Of a stretch of 32,000 nt of DNA, positions 9,871 through 20,054 are shown piece by piece; position 1 is the first letter of the stretch, and each line of letters starts with the position of its first letter. A program made the translations under genes and the position numbers. The DNA lies in assembly GCF_000196355.1 (NCBI RefSeq), contig NC_007614.1:930001-962000 (forward strand), in the 5' to 3' direction. Below the pieces are notes generated by a model. The model was given only the letters and a program-made list of their open reading frames with translations. It ran no database searches and was not told the DNA's origin. This stretch comes from Nitrosospira multiformis ATCC 25196 (GTDB taxonomy: Bacteria > Pseudomonadota > Gammaproteobacteria > Burkholderiales > Nitrosomonadaceae).

Positions 9871-10128
9871 GACATTTCTTCCGGGATAGGGAAACATATC
9901 AGTCAAAAAAGCCCTGAGTTCAGGGCTGCCGCATTCTGACAATCTCCAGACGAGGAATATGTGCAGTAACGCACCTACGAAATCCCTGTTCACGATTTTC
10001 CTTAATTATGAGTGTGACATACCAAACAGTATGAGTTACTAAGGAATATTAATCTGATCTCCAATGTCATGCAGGGACTGCTGAGCAAGGATAGCTGGCA
10101 GATAACGTATGACAAAGGAGAAAATAGT

Positions 10129-10989
10129 ATGAGGGTTACGAACAAGCCGATTCTCCTCGTCAAGACGAGCCGGTGGACAAGATGACGGTTATGAGGCCGC
10201 TCAAGCAGATTCACGTGATAAACAAGGTCATTCATCTGGAATCTGGAAAACGGCGAGGATGCGCTGAACACTACCTCGGGGATGAGAACAGCGACAAACC
10301 CTGCCTCATCTTGCTCGACTTGAACATGTCCATCATGAATGGAATTGAATTCCTGCAAGCGGTAAAAGATGATGAGCAGCTCAGACGTATTCCCGTAGTG
10401 ATGCTGACCACCTCGGATGAGCAGCACGACAGGCTGTACAGCTTCAATTTCGGTGTGGCGGGATAAATGGCCAAGGCCGTTGACTACCAGAAATTCGTCG
10501 AAGTCATGCGTCCAATCGATGCGTACTGGATGATCAGCGAAATATCCTGGAATGGCATTGTTCAACTTTCGAACTGCCTCTTTACCCGACATGAATCCGG
10601 TGCTCGCAATTTATTGACCTTGACCGCTTCAAGCCGATCAACGATTCGCTTGGCCATGAGATTGGCGACAAGCTGCTCAAGATCGTAGCCGAGCGTATGC
10701 AATCCAGGGTGCGCGAAACCGATACTGTCAGCCGGCTGGGAGGTGACGAATTTATTATCCTGTTGAGCCGGATTCAATGCACCCTCCAATGCCGCTAGCG
10801 TTGCCGAGAAAACTATCCCAGCCCTATCACATAGAAGGGCATGAACTGCTGCTAAGCGCGAGTGTGCGGATCAGCCTCTATCCAGATAATGGCAACGACG
10901 CAGACAACCTTTTGCGCAGTGCCGATGACGCGATGTACCTTGCCAAGAGACAAGGCAGGAGCCATTATCATGGTGCGAAACGCTCCTAG
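10129..10989 (+). pseudogene. response-regulator receiver + GGDEF (diguanylate cyclase) pseudogene
   Basis: AAAGGAG RBS followed by ATG 10129. Receiver motifs (KPILLV, LILLDLNM..MNGIEFL, IPVVMLTTS, GVAG) are spread over different frames. There is a 7-bp tandem duplication (TCTGGAA x2, ~10233-10246) and an in-frame TAA at 10464-10466 where Tyr is expected. GGDEF pieces ([54 protein letters not shown]) are again split across frames, and the N-terminal half of the GGDEF domain is missing. Confidence 0.8.
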
Positions 10990-11373
10990 GAGTTGGCGTT
11001 TCGTGAAAGCAGGGATCGAGGTAGGGAAAAGGAAGCACTGTTACGGCAGCGGCAGCCTAAGTAGGCTAGGTAGGGAAGTCAGTTCCCGTGGTTCCCCACG
11101 ATCCTTGCGAAAAAACCTGCAATGGATATTTTGGTAACCAAGGGCCAAGCCCGGGCTTGTCACTGCGCACCAGTAACCCATCCACAGTGGTATAGCAGGA
11201 AGTTTCGGTGTTCAATAGATTGCTTGCCGGAATGTCGGATTCTACCGAATGAATATGCAGGTTGATTCTGGAGAGCATTAATTGTCAAGATTGGAAATTC
11301 TATGCACATGCTGGATCTTGGACAGCAACAGAATCAGGTCGAGTCGAAAGGCCTCCTGCTGGAGGAATAGAAT

Positions 11374-13491
11374 TTGAGGCTGCCCGCATTCTTCGCTGTT
11401 TTCAATAGCAAGGAAACAAGAAAGGCACTGGAGGAAAAAACAGCGGAATTTAGCCGCTCGCTTTCGCTGTGCAAAGCCACCGTGGAGTTGACGGCTGAAG
11501 GGCTCCTGGTGACCGACAGGGTGGGCCGCGTGCTCTACCATAACCAGTTTTATCTGGAGATGTGGCCGATTCCCGAGGAGTTCATGGATAATATGTCACA
11601 CCAGGCAATTGTCCAGTATGGTTCGAGCCAATTAAAAGAGCCACAACGATTCCTGCACGCGACTGAGGAAATCTATCACGCATGGCCGCCTGAAAGCCTT
11701 GACCTCCTTCAGTTTAACGATTGCCGGATATTTGAACGCTATACCAAGGCCAAAGTCCTGGAGGGGCAAAACATGGTGCGCGTCTGGAGCTTGAGAAACA
11801 TTACGGAACGAAGGGAGGCGGATGCCTACAAAGCGCAGCTGGCGGCAATTGTCGAGTCCTCCAACGATGCGATCATTGTCCAGGACCTCAACGGCATTAT
11901 CACCAGCTGGAATGCCGGGGCAGAGGGGCTTTTCGGGTATCGTGCCAGCGAGGTAATAGGCTCTTCCGTAGAGATACTCATTCCTCCGGACCTCCGGGAA
12001 GAAGAGGGAGATATCATGTGCCTCATCAAAAGCGGAAGACGCGCGGATCATTTTGAAACCGTGCGATGGGGAAAGGGCAGAAAACCAATTGATGTCTCGG
12101 TCACGATATCGGCAATGAAGGATAGGGCCGGTAATATCATCGGCGCATCCAAAATAGTGCGAGACATCACCCAACGCAAGGAATCGCAGGAACGCATCGA
12201 GTATCTGGCCCATTACGACTCGCTGACCGGGTTGCCTAACCGGACGCTGCTCTCCGATCGCCTCAGGATTGCGATCGAGAACGCGAGGCGGTATTCCATA
12301 CGATTGGCGCTGCTGTTCGTGGACATTGACCGTTTCAAGCTGGTCAACGATTCGCTTGGCCATGAGATTGGCGACAAGCTGCTCAAGGCAGTCGCACAGC
12401 GAATGCAATCCACAGTGCGCCAGGCTGATACGGTGAGCCGGGTAGGGGGTGATGAATTTGTTGTCCTGCTAAGCCGGATCGAAACAGCGACGGATGCGGC
12501 GCGAAGCGCGGAAAAGCTTATTACCTCAATCTCCCAGCCCTATCAAATAGAAGAGCATGAGTTATTACTGACTGCGAGCATCGGGATCAGCATTTATCCA
12601 GACAATGGCAAGGATGCGAGCAGTCTGACGCGCAATGCGGATGCCGCGATGTACTCGGCCAAAGGGCAGGGCAGGAACCGCTATCAGTTCTATTCTGAGG
12701 ACTTGACTTATGCCGCGGCTGAACGGCTCAGACTTGAGCACGACTTGCGAGGGGCACTTTCGCGTGATGAAATTTTCCCGCTATATCAGCCTCAGATAGA
12801 GCTTGCCACGGGACGGGTCATCGGCGTGGAGGCCCTCATGCGCTGGAACCGGGCGGGGCAGGGGTTGATCTCTCCTGCAAGCTTTATTCCTGTAGCCGAG
12901 GACAGTGGTCTAATCCTCGCTCTCGGTGAATACATCCTGAGAAAAGCCTGCCTGCAGGCGCGCCAATGGCACGAACATCAGGGATTCCAAGGAACGATTG
13001 CGGTAAATGTTTCAGCGGTGCAGTTTCGCCAGAACGATTTCACGGATGTTGTGTTGCGCGTCCTTTCCGAAACGGGTTTTCCGCCTGAATGCCTCGAACT
13101 GGAAGTCACCGAGAGCGTCGTGATGCAGGGATTGGAATCGGTGGTGCAGAAGATGGGCATTCTTGAATCGCATGGTATAAAACTGGCCATCGACGATTTT
13201 GGCACTGGCTATTCCAGCTTGTCCTATTTGCGGCAGTTTGCCATTGACCGGCTAAAAATAGACCAATCCTTTGTTCGTGACCTGCCGGGGGATGCGGATG
13301 CGCAGGCGATTATCCGCGCCATAGTTGCGATGGGGCGCAGCCTGGGCTTACGGGTGATGGCAGAAGGCGTGGAGACGGAAGCGCAGGCCCGATTTCTGCA
13401 GGACATCGAGTGCACGGAAAGCCAGGGCTATCTCTATGCAAGGCCAATGAAGTCAAATGATTTTGAAGCCTGGCTAAAAACCAGGAATTAG
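11374..13491 (+). CDS. PAS-PAS-GGDEF-EAL cyclic-di-GMP signalling protein
   Basis: 705-aa ORF. It has two PAS-like segments (..IVESSNDAIIVQDLNGIITSWNAGAE..), a GGDEF domain (RVGGDEFVVLL, YSAKGQGRNRY) and an EAL domain (EALMRW, ELEVTES, DDFGTGYSSL, QGY). The start is uncertain: the track uses TTG 11374, immediately after an in-frame TAG. Confidence 0.85.
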   Translation: MRLPAFFAVFNSKETRKALEEKTAEFSRSLSLCKATVELTAEGLLVTDRVGRVLYHNQFYLEMWPIPEEFMDNMSHQAIVQYGSSQLKEPQRFLHATEEIYHAWPPESLDLLQFNDCRIFERYTKAKVLEGQNMVRVWSLRNITERREADAYKAQLAAIVESSNDAIIVQDLNGIITSWNAGAEGLFGYRASEVIGSSVEILIPPDLREEEGDIMCLIKSGRRADHFETVRWGKGRKPIDVSVTISAMKDRAGNIIGASKIVRDITQRKESQERIEYLAHYDSLTGLPNRTLLSDRLRIAIENARRYSIRLALLFVDIDRFKLVNDSLGHEIGDKLLKAVAQRMQSTVRQADTVSRVGGDEFVVLLSRIETATDAARSAEKLITSISQPYQIEEHELLLTASIGISIYPDNGKDASSLTRNADAAMYSAKGQGRNRYQFYSEDLTYAAAERLRLEHDLRGALSRDEIFPLYQPQIELATGRVIGVEALMRWNRAGQGLISPASFIPVAEDSGLILALGEYILRKACLQARQWHEHQGFQGTIAVNVSAVQFRQNDFTDVVLRVLSETGFPPECLELEVTESVVMQGLESVVQKMGILESHGIKLAIDDFGTGYSSLSYLRQFAIDRLKIDQSFVRDLPGDADAQAIIRAIVAMGRSLGLRVMAEGVETEAQARFLQDIECTESQGYLYARPMKSNDFEAWLKTRN

Positions 13492-13708
13492 GCTCTTCCT
13501 GGATTATGTTGGCCCGCCCGTCTGCTTCTTGCTGGCTTTAGGAATGTCATTAATTCTTACATTAAAATATCCTGCAAGGAAACTTCTCCCTTTAAATCAG
13601 AAACCTGTACACTGGCACCATTCATGCCTCTGTCTTCTAACAGATACCGCGAATCGGATGTGGGATCCCCGATGGATGGAAACACATATAAAAAAACAAG
13701 GGGGAAAC

Positions 13709-14337
13709 ATGAACAAACTTATCGCAACGGCATTCACTGGCGCTTTATGGGCGACAACACCGCTATCAGCTTCCGCCCTCGTCATTGACATAAATACACA
13801 CCTCATCGGCAACCCTGCTGCAGCAACGTAACAGTCGTCACCCTGACCCTGACCCAGAACGGGAATAGTGTGGGATTTCAATTTTCAGAATTCGGTAGGT
13901 GATCTCGGCGCTATTGGGGATGAGGCATTTATTTCCAAGCTTTTATTTTCCTACGAGGGCCCCACTTTGCTTAACAGCAGCTCATTCGCAAACTTCGGGG
14001 GAACGCAACTGGTAAGCAGCACCGATTTCGGAATAAACCCGCGGGAAAAGACGCAGGCTACGATTTTTACTTTGAACTGAAATATCCTCCGAGCAACAGG
14101 AGTCCTTCGCTCCGGTTTGTCGACGGTGAATACAGTACGTGGACAGTCAGTGCTGCAGATGGTGTGTCAGCTGTTCTGGTTAGCGATTTTGCTGTTCTGG
14201 TTAATACTAATGGTGGGGGCGATAAATCCGCTTCGCTCGCAATGGTGCATATCCAGGGACCGGGAGGCGGTGGCTTGAAGTATATTGGCAGCGTCATTAA
14301 TCGTGGTTGGGTTTCGATTGCTTTATTCATCAGGTAA
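13709..14337 (+). pseudogene. secreted protein gene broken by several frameshifts
   Basis: AAGGGGG RBS followed by ATG 13709, giving signal peptide MNKLIATAFTGALWATTPLSASA. The protein-like sequence then continues through three different frames (..VTVVTLTLTQNGNSV / DFNFQNSVGDLGAIGDEAF..SSTDFGINP / GYDFYFELKYPPSNRS..STWTVSAADGV..LKYIGSV) and ends at TAA 14335-14337. Confidence 0.6.
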
Positions 14338-14484
14338 GCTCAGGGAGCTTATCTTTGATGGGATTCGTGGCAGATAAAGGTCAAAGCTATTTTTTCAGTA
14401 GGCAGGAGAGAAACCAGACAGGGTTCATCTTTGGGGAGTTGCAATTTCCCGAGTCTAATGTAAAACACATTAAAGTAGAAAAAA

Positions 14485-14952
14485 TCAGGGCAAGCTGCCG
14501 AAGGGGGCTTGAGAAGGAGAGGAAATGGGTCTCTCCCCGAGAGCTGAGTGAGTGGGCAGATTTGTAATGTGCGCCACAGTCTCAATTAATACTTGAAGTG
14601 AGACGGGTTTGGAAAGATGCGCCTGGAAACCGGCATTCAGAGCTCTTTCCCGATCCTGGGAGCGGCTGAAAGCGGTAAGGGCCAAGGCCGGAGTGTCTTT
14701 CCCTTTATGGACGGGGAGGTTCCGCACCGCCTGAATGAACTGGTAGCCGTCCATGTGAGGCATGCTGATATCGCTTATGACGATGTCGGGTCTTCGCATC
14801 CGCACCTGCTCCAGCGCTTCAACGGCAGTAAGAGAGGTAATTACTTCAGCGCCGTGTAACTCCAGCATCAACCTGGTGATAACCAGTATATCTTCCTCAT
14901 CGTCTACGACCAATACCTTCTGTCCGGAAAGGGGCGGATTTATGTTATTCAT
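14485..14952 (-). CDS. single-domain CheY-like response regulator
   Basis: 155 aa with the canonical receiver residues: VVDDEED, phospho-acceptor context IVISDISMPHMDG, LALTAFS, LSKP. Confidence 0.9.
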   Translation of the reverse strand: MNNINPPLSGQKVLVVDDEEDILVITRLMLELHGAEVITSLTAVEALEQVRMRRPDIVISDISMPHMDGYQFIQAVRNLPVHKGKDTPALALTAFSRSQDRERALNAGFQAHLSKPVSLQVLIETVAHITNLPTHSALGERPISSPSQAPFGSLP

Positions 14953-15003
14953 CGCAATGGAGACAGAGCTGCTATTGGTTTAAATTTTATTAACACTCCC
15001 TTA

Positions 15004-15820
15004 GGGCCTGTTCACAGTAGTTGATTTGTGTTTACATCCGGAATTTGGATGTGGGTCATGGATCGGGACATGTTGAGCGATGCGCAGTGGGCTCGTATTT
15101 CGGGACTATTGCCGGGCAAGCCAACCGACAAGGGAGGGCGAGCGGCGGATAACCGGTTGTTCGTTGAGGCGGTGCTATACACGGCGCGGGTTGGAAACCC
15201 CTGGCGCGACCTGCCGCCGAAGTTTGGGAACTGGCATTCGGTGTATGTGCGCTTCGCGCGCTGGGAAGCCAACGGCGTGTGGTCGCGTGTTGCCGAAGCG
15301 CTCCAGGGCGAGGCCGATCTGGAAGAGCTATTCATCGACTCAACCGTCGTGCGTGCGCACCAGCACTCGGCTGGCGCGTCAAAAAAAACGGTAGCGATCA
15401 GGCGATCGGCCGCTCGCGTGGTGGGCTGACTACCAAGATCCATGCATGCGTGGATGCCTTGGGCAATCCATTGCGCCTGATCCTCACCGGTGGCCAAGTA
15501 GCCGACATTACACAAGGGCCCGCACTGATCAATTCCATCAAGACTGATGCAGTTGTCGCCGACAAGGGATACGACAGCCACGTGTTCGTCGCAGTGATCA
15601 CCGAGACGGGGGCTGAGGCCGTCATCCCGTCTCGGAGCAACCGATGCGCCTCGCGCGAGTTCGATCGGGAGCGGTACAAAGCGCGTAACCTGGTGGAGCG
15701 ATTCTTCAATCGGCTCAAACAATTTCGTCGCCTCGCGACCCGCTACGACAAACTCGCCAACCGCTTCAATGCTTTCTTGCATCTGGCTTGCGCCTACATC
15801 TGGCTACTGTGAACACGCTC
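15004..15820 (+). mobile_element. IS5-family insertion sequence (IS427/IS1031-like), complete, 817 bp
   Basis: The terminal inverted repeats are GGGCCTGTTCACAGTAG (15004-15020) and CTACTGTGAACACGCTC (15804-15820). The element is flanked by TA on both sides (15002-15003 and 15821-15822). Confidence 0.9.
15058..15812 (+). CDS. IS5-family DDE transposase (orfA-orfB fusion by programmed -1 frameshift)
   Basis: orfA reads MDRDMLSDAQWARISGLLPGKP..DNRLFVEAVLY..PWRDLP. orfB, in the -1 frame, reads ..GGLTTKIHACVDALGNP..ADKGYDS..YKARNLVERFFNRLKQFRRLATRYDK. An A8 slippery run lies at 15381-15388 in the overlap. Confidence 0.85.
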
Positions 15821-15955
15821 TAACCTTTCTGTTCGCCGGCTCACATAAAAGAGCTTAAAGCGGTTGAAAGTAGAAGAAGGGTCAAGCCTTAAAGACTGAG
15901 TCAATAAACAAAAAACCCTGAAGGGGTTTGAGAAGGGAAATGCCTGAAAACTGAT

Positions 15956-16723
15956 TTAAAGCGCATTTGCCGCATTTATGCTGTTTTGCCTTACCTTCTC
16001 ACATGTCTTCACCTCATCAAATACCTGGTCAAATTCTTTTTTGACTTTTTTATAGCACTCGCAAGTCTCCTTCTGAAGACCGATCTGATCAATAACCATG
16101 ATGTGGCCGCGGCGGTAGCAAATCGTTCCCGCTTCCAGCAGCTTTCTTGCAATTGCTGTAACGCTCTCGCGTCGAACGCCCAGAATGCTGGCGATGGATT
16201 CCTGAGTCAGGATAAGGTCCTGGGGACCGAGGCGATCCAGCATTGACAGCAACCAGCGGCATAGCCGCTGCTGAGCTGTATGATACCTGCTGCATACCAC
16301 ATTCTGGACGGCTTCCGTGATAAGCGCCTGACTGTAGCGTAACAACAGGCGTTGTAGCATTCCCCCCTCATTGAATTCCTGGAGCAAAAATGCGGCGTTC
16401 AGCCGGTAGCCGTAGCCGGCGCTTTGCACGCTGACCCAGTTCTGGGTAGCTTCTCCTCCCATGAACAGCGAGACGCCGAGCATGCCTTCTCTCCCTACGC
16501 TTGTAAGCTCCGACGATGCTCCATTTTCCAACATGCAATGGATGGAAATGACGGAAGAAGTGGGAAAGTAGGCATAGGGAAGCGTCTCGCCCGGTTTGCA
16601 GAGAACATCACCGGGCAGCAGATGAACCAGTTCGAGATGCGGCGCCAGATCGTCAAGTTCAATTGGCGGCAAGGCAGCCAGGAGGCGGTTGTGGGTGGGA
16701 TGGGACGGGTGGAAAGTAGACAT
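15956..16723 (-). CDS. Crp/Fnr-family transcriptional regulator
   Basis: I trimmed the start to ATG 16723 (MSTFHPSHPTHNRLLAALP...). An N-terminal cNMP-binding-like beta-roll is followed by a C-terminal HTH (LTQESIASILGVRRESVTAIARKL). Confidence 0.85.
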   Translation of the reverse strand: MSTFHPSHPTHNRLLAALPPIELDDLAPHLELVHLLPGDVLCKPGETLPYAYFPTSSVISIHCMLENGASSELTSVGREGMLGVSLFMGGEATQNWVSVQSAGYGYRLNAAFLLQEFNEGGMLQRLLLRYSQALITEAVQNVVCSRYHTAQQRLCRWLLSMLDRLGPQDLILTQESIASILGVRRESVTAIARKLLEAGTICYRRGHIMVIDQIGLQKETCECYKKVKKEFDQVFDEVKTCEKVRQNSINAANAL

Positions 16724-17440
16724 TTGTATGGTAAAACAGGCGTGCGGCTGGAGCAAAAAAGATAGCAGGTGCTCTTAAAGTGTTATTTCACTCATGGTCT
16801 TCTCCTTGTTCCCCGTCCACCTTCTGGTTATTCATTAGATCTTCTTAAGGTAGGCCAGGGATAACACCAGAGATAACTTTATTCAGGCGCATTCTAAGCA
16901 TTGGGCGGGAAGGAATTAACTGTACTTTGGTACACGTTTTTCTATGATTTGCCTGATGATGTAAGGTGTGAAGGAATTCCTCCTTTGCAATCAAATAGAG
17001 ATTTCCAAATTCGGAAAAAATCTTTAAGCCTTGATGGTTTTCTTCGCGCGGCTGACTGCCAGCGTGGTAATCACAGGGTGTTTGCTCCGTGAGGTTTTGG
17101 ATGAAGCATATTGTTCATATCTTGCCGGGAAGAAGGAAAATGAGAAAAAGGATGATCAGCCCCATGGAACTGAGACCACAGCCTTGGCGAGGTAGGGCTG
17201 CAGCGGCGTAGTAGAGGGAAATACGGAACCGTCAGGCGCAATGACGATCAGGAGTACGTGCCCCTTCAACAATGGGCGAAATTTTGGGAGCGCGTGTTCA
17301 TCTGATCGGAGTGACAGTGGTGCGGGCAAGGTTGAGAAGGCGAGAATCGGTATTTATGACTAAGTATCATGAACCCTGCCAACAACAACGAATCGAGGTT
17401 CTCCTCTATCTTGGAAATTCCGGCGGTAATTGCCCCTGAC

Positions 17441-17637
17441 TTTCGGATCACGTAGATGATCCCGCTGATCACCCGCAGATCATCAACCGGGGACCCCGTG
17501 AGACAAGGGAAAATAACGCTTTATACGGTTGAACTGCGTTTCGGACAAGTAAAGCAGATCCCTCATGGCGCACCTCCACCATAAGTGGATCACAACCAGC
17601 TCCGTTCGTAAATCCTCAAATTAATAGGTCCTGAGCC
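17441..17637 (-). mobile_element. truncated remnant (left end plus ~45 codons) of an IS related to the one at 21998-22840
   Basis: The reverse strand shows an IR (GGCTCAGGACCTATTAATT), then MRDLLYLSETQFNRIK..ISGIIYVIR, about four-fifths identical by eye to 21998-22200. A 2-nt deletion is present. Homology ends near 17441. TA flanks the IR end (17638-17639). Confidence 0.7.
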
Positions 17638-18127
17638 TAGCTTAAAAATAGATAGGTTTGGACTTAAAGGTAGCTAGGGCAATGCGCCAGCACACAGAAG
17701 CTTATACCTCTTCATACGGCAACCCACCTAACCCTGGAGATCATGCTACACGGTCTTCGTGGCTGTACCCCGATTAACCCGCTCCCCTGCATTCAGCTGA
17801 ACGATTATTGTGAACCACCGTACAGATGAGAATCAGCACATTTCTTAAGATGCTTACTATGGGCATAGGTCATAGTACTTAGCCCATCAGTTGTTGATGG
17901 CAAGCCGAAGGCAACAACGGGAAGTATGTGTTGGTGCCGTTTGTACCTTAAATTAACCGAGACACTTAAAAGGGTGACAAGTATGGATGCCTCCTCAGAT
18001 GATCCACTCGAGAACTGGGACCTGGAAGAGATACCGGCATTAAGAGAGCTTTGGGAAAGTGACGATATTCCTGGGAAGTGGGAACAGGCCAGTATTACGC
18101 CCGAGTCGTTGGAGTAAAAATTGTGGC

Positions 18128-18160
18128 GCAGAATGGGTATCGCCATAGCCCCCATTCTGC
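18128..18160. terminator. perfect 10-bp stem hairpin, possible terminator
   Basis: GCAGAATGGG (18128-18137) pairs with CCCATTCTGC (18151-18160) around a 13-nt loop. On the reverse strand an AATTTTTA run follows. No clear gene assignment. Confidence 0.3.
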
Positions 18161-18415
18161 AATACAACAGCAGTCACGCCTCGCCCAACCAGTGAGCGCT
18201 GATGATTTTTGAGACTCAGGAAAAACAGGCCTTGGCAGAAGCTTTGGCATGGCAAGCAAACGAAGGACTCGTTTCCATGGCGGGTCGAGTTTGCAATGCT
18301 ATATTTTCTGGTAGCAACTGCCGTCCCTGGATGGCGGAGGATGAACGCAAGGATGTGTGCGTGCGAGACTTGCGGAAAAGTTATTCACCTTTACGTCTTC
18401 CGCTGCTATGCAGGA

Positions 18416-19567
18416 TCATTTTCCCTCAAGTGTTGGGACATGCTGAAAAGGCCTTGCGTCTGCTGGCATGCTCACCAGGAAAGTTGTTCCGTGGTGATCT
18501 GCGCTATCAACTTCAATACTCCCACCATGGCTTTCCGCGACGCTGCGCACGTACGGCAAGCCTATGCCCCAGCCTTCCTTGTTCCCTTCCCTTGCGGCGG
18601 CTGCCCTTTGGAATACCTGGAACAGGCTCTCCATTTGTTCCGGAGGAATCGGCTCTCCTTCATTATGCACGGTCAGTATCACGCGCCCATGTACCGGATC
18701 AATTTTGATCCTTACAGGAGTGTCAGAAGCGCCATACTTGACGGCATTGCCAAGAAGATTTTCCATTGCTCTTTTGACGGCTTCCCGATCCCACCAGACC
18801 CTGGCTGATTGGGCAATGAGTTGAAAACGCGGGCCGTGCGCGAAGGTGAATTGCCCGCATATTTCCTCTGCGAGCTGCTGGATGTCGAATTCTTCGAGGT
18901 GAAGCCGTAACCGTTCTCCACTCTGGAATCGGGCCGAATCGAGCAAATCCTGAATCATTCCGTCCATACGGTCGAGGCTTGCAACAATTTTCCCCGCAAA
19001 TTCCTTTATCCTGCCCAGATCTGAAGAATGCTCAATCAACTGGGCAGCAAGTTTTGCATTTGATAATGGGTTCCTCAGGTCGTGCGTCAGCGCGGCCATG
19101 AATCTTTCGCGCAGTGCTAACTGAGCAAGAGCGAAGGCATTTACCGCCTCACGCACTGATCCATCAATGGAAGCGTTGATCCGGTAAATTTCCTCATCGT
19201 TAAGCTGAACGCCATTCGCCTTCAAAACATCAAAGATCGTCCATCGCAATATCTGATATTCCGAGATAACCGAATGGACGTTGTAGTTCGTCAGCCTGGC
19301 GCGCTCGCCCCCGTGCTCGCTCGCTACGGTGTTGCTTTCATTTCCTGTGGCTCTGGGGTAGCCCGGGGTAATCGCTTCTGCAATGTTGTCGTATAGGGAC
19401 GGAAAGGTATTGATCAGGATCGGATGAGGCAACTGTTCGGCTTCTTTGACGGATTGCCGGACCCTTTCCGCCCATTCCCAGAGAATCTCATCCCGAAGCT
19501 CCAGCATTCTTCTGGCAGTTGGAGAAAGTTTGTCAAGGTCGAGATTCTGATCAGTTGCCAAAGTCAT
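18416..19567 (-). CDS. soluble sensor histidine kinase
   Basis: I trimmed the start to ATG 19567 (MTLATDQNLDLDKL..). There are no TM segments. An N-terminal helical sensory region is followed by the H-box ALTHDLRNPL, the N-box ENLLGNAVKY and a G-box (GWGIGLPYV..HGGSIEV). Confidence 0.9.
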   Translation of the reverse strand: MTLATDQNLDLDKLSPTARRMLELRDEILWEWAERVRQSVKEAEQLPHPILINTFPSLYDNIAEAITPGYPRATGNESNTVASEHGGERARLTNYNVHSVISEYQILRWTIFDVLKANGVQLNDEEIYRINASIDGSVREAVNAFALAQLALRERFMAALTHDLRNPLSNAKLAAQLIEHSSDLGRIKEFAGKIVASLDRMDGMIQDLLDSARFQSGERLRLHLEEFDIQQLAEEICGQFTFAHGPRFQLIAQSARVWWDREAVKRAMENLLGNAVKYGASDTPVRIKIDPVHGRVILTVHNEGEPIPPEQMESLFQVFQRAAAAREGNKEGWGIGLPYVRSVAESHGGSIEVDSADHHGTTFLVSMPADARPFQHVPTLEGK

Positions 19568-20054
19568 AAATGATCGCCCTTGTCGGTAGGGATCTAAAAA
19601 AACGGCGACGGTCGCCGTGTCTGGCTTGGATATAAAGGAGAAACAAATTGGGTCTTGCCCCACACCGAATCAGGGATAGGGTTGTGTGACTGATGGGACG
19701 GCGCGCATTTTAGCGTCCCATTACGGTCCGGTCTAGGAGATTGTGAGATTGCTAAGGAAGAAGCATCTACCATCTTATTGCTGATGCCGGTCAAATGCGT
19801 TAAGAATGGATACGCTTAGATTGAGCAGCGTTTTCCAGCGATCGCTTTCCATTCCTTCTTCAAAGCGGATGAGTGCAATCTCGTTAATGCGGTTCTTCAG
19901 AAGATTGTTGGCTTGCGCACAGACTCTGCAAACGTTATGGATATAAATCAAGTCTGTTTGTCGCGTCCTGTTTTGCGCAGGCAAAATTGAAGGGCATTAG
20001 CTTCCAACACTAAGAGAAAGTACTTTGGCTCTCACGGCTAAAAGGAGTATCAAA

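Noticed and set aside
10002-10592. 196-aa minus-strand ORF
   Set aside because: It lies antisense to the receiver-GGDEF pseudogene, whose plus-strand fragments carry clear receiver motifs. It has no RBS or domain signal.
11632-12408. 258-aa minus-strand ORF
   Set aside because: It is antisense to the PAS/GGDEF region of the 705-aa signalling protein, whose domain motifs are unambiguous.
15012-15782. 256-aa minus-strand ORF inside the IS
   Set aside because: It is antisense to the recognisable IS5-family transposase orfA/orfB and has no independent support.
16775-16795. Six-codon mini-ORF (MSEITL) with an AAGGAGA RBS upstream of the Crp/Fnr gene
   Set aside because: It is too short to distinguish from chance, and no attenuator structure is evident.
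17983-18117. 44-codon acidic ORF (MDASSDDPLENWDLEEIPALRELWESDDIPGKWEQASITPESLE) followed by the 18128-18160 hairpin
   Set aside because: It is plausible but too short, has no recognisable family and only a weak RBS. I left it unannotated.
18202-18808. Two plus-strand ORFs (168 and 199 aa) beginning in the gap before the kinase
   Set aside because: Most of their length is antisense to the histidine-kinase 3' end. Only ~70 codons lie outside it, and these have no recognisable features, so I could not support a gene call.
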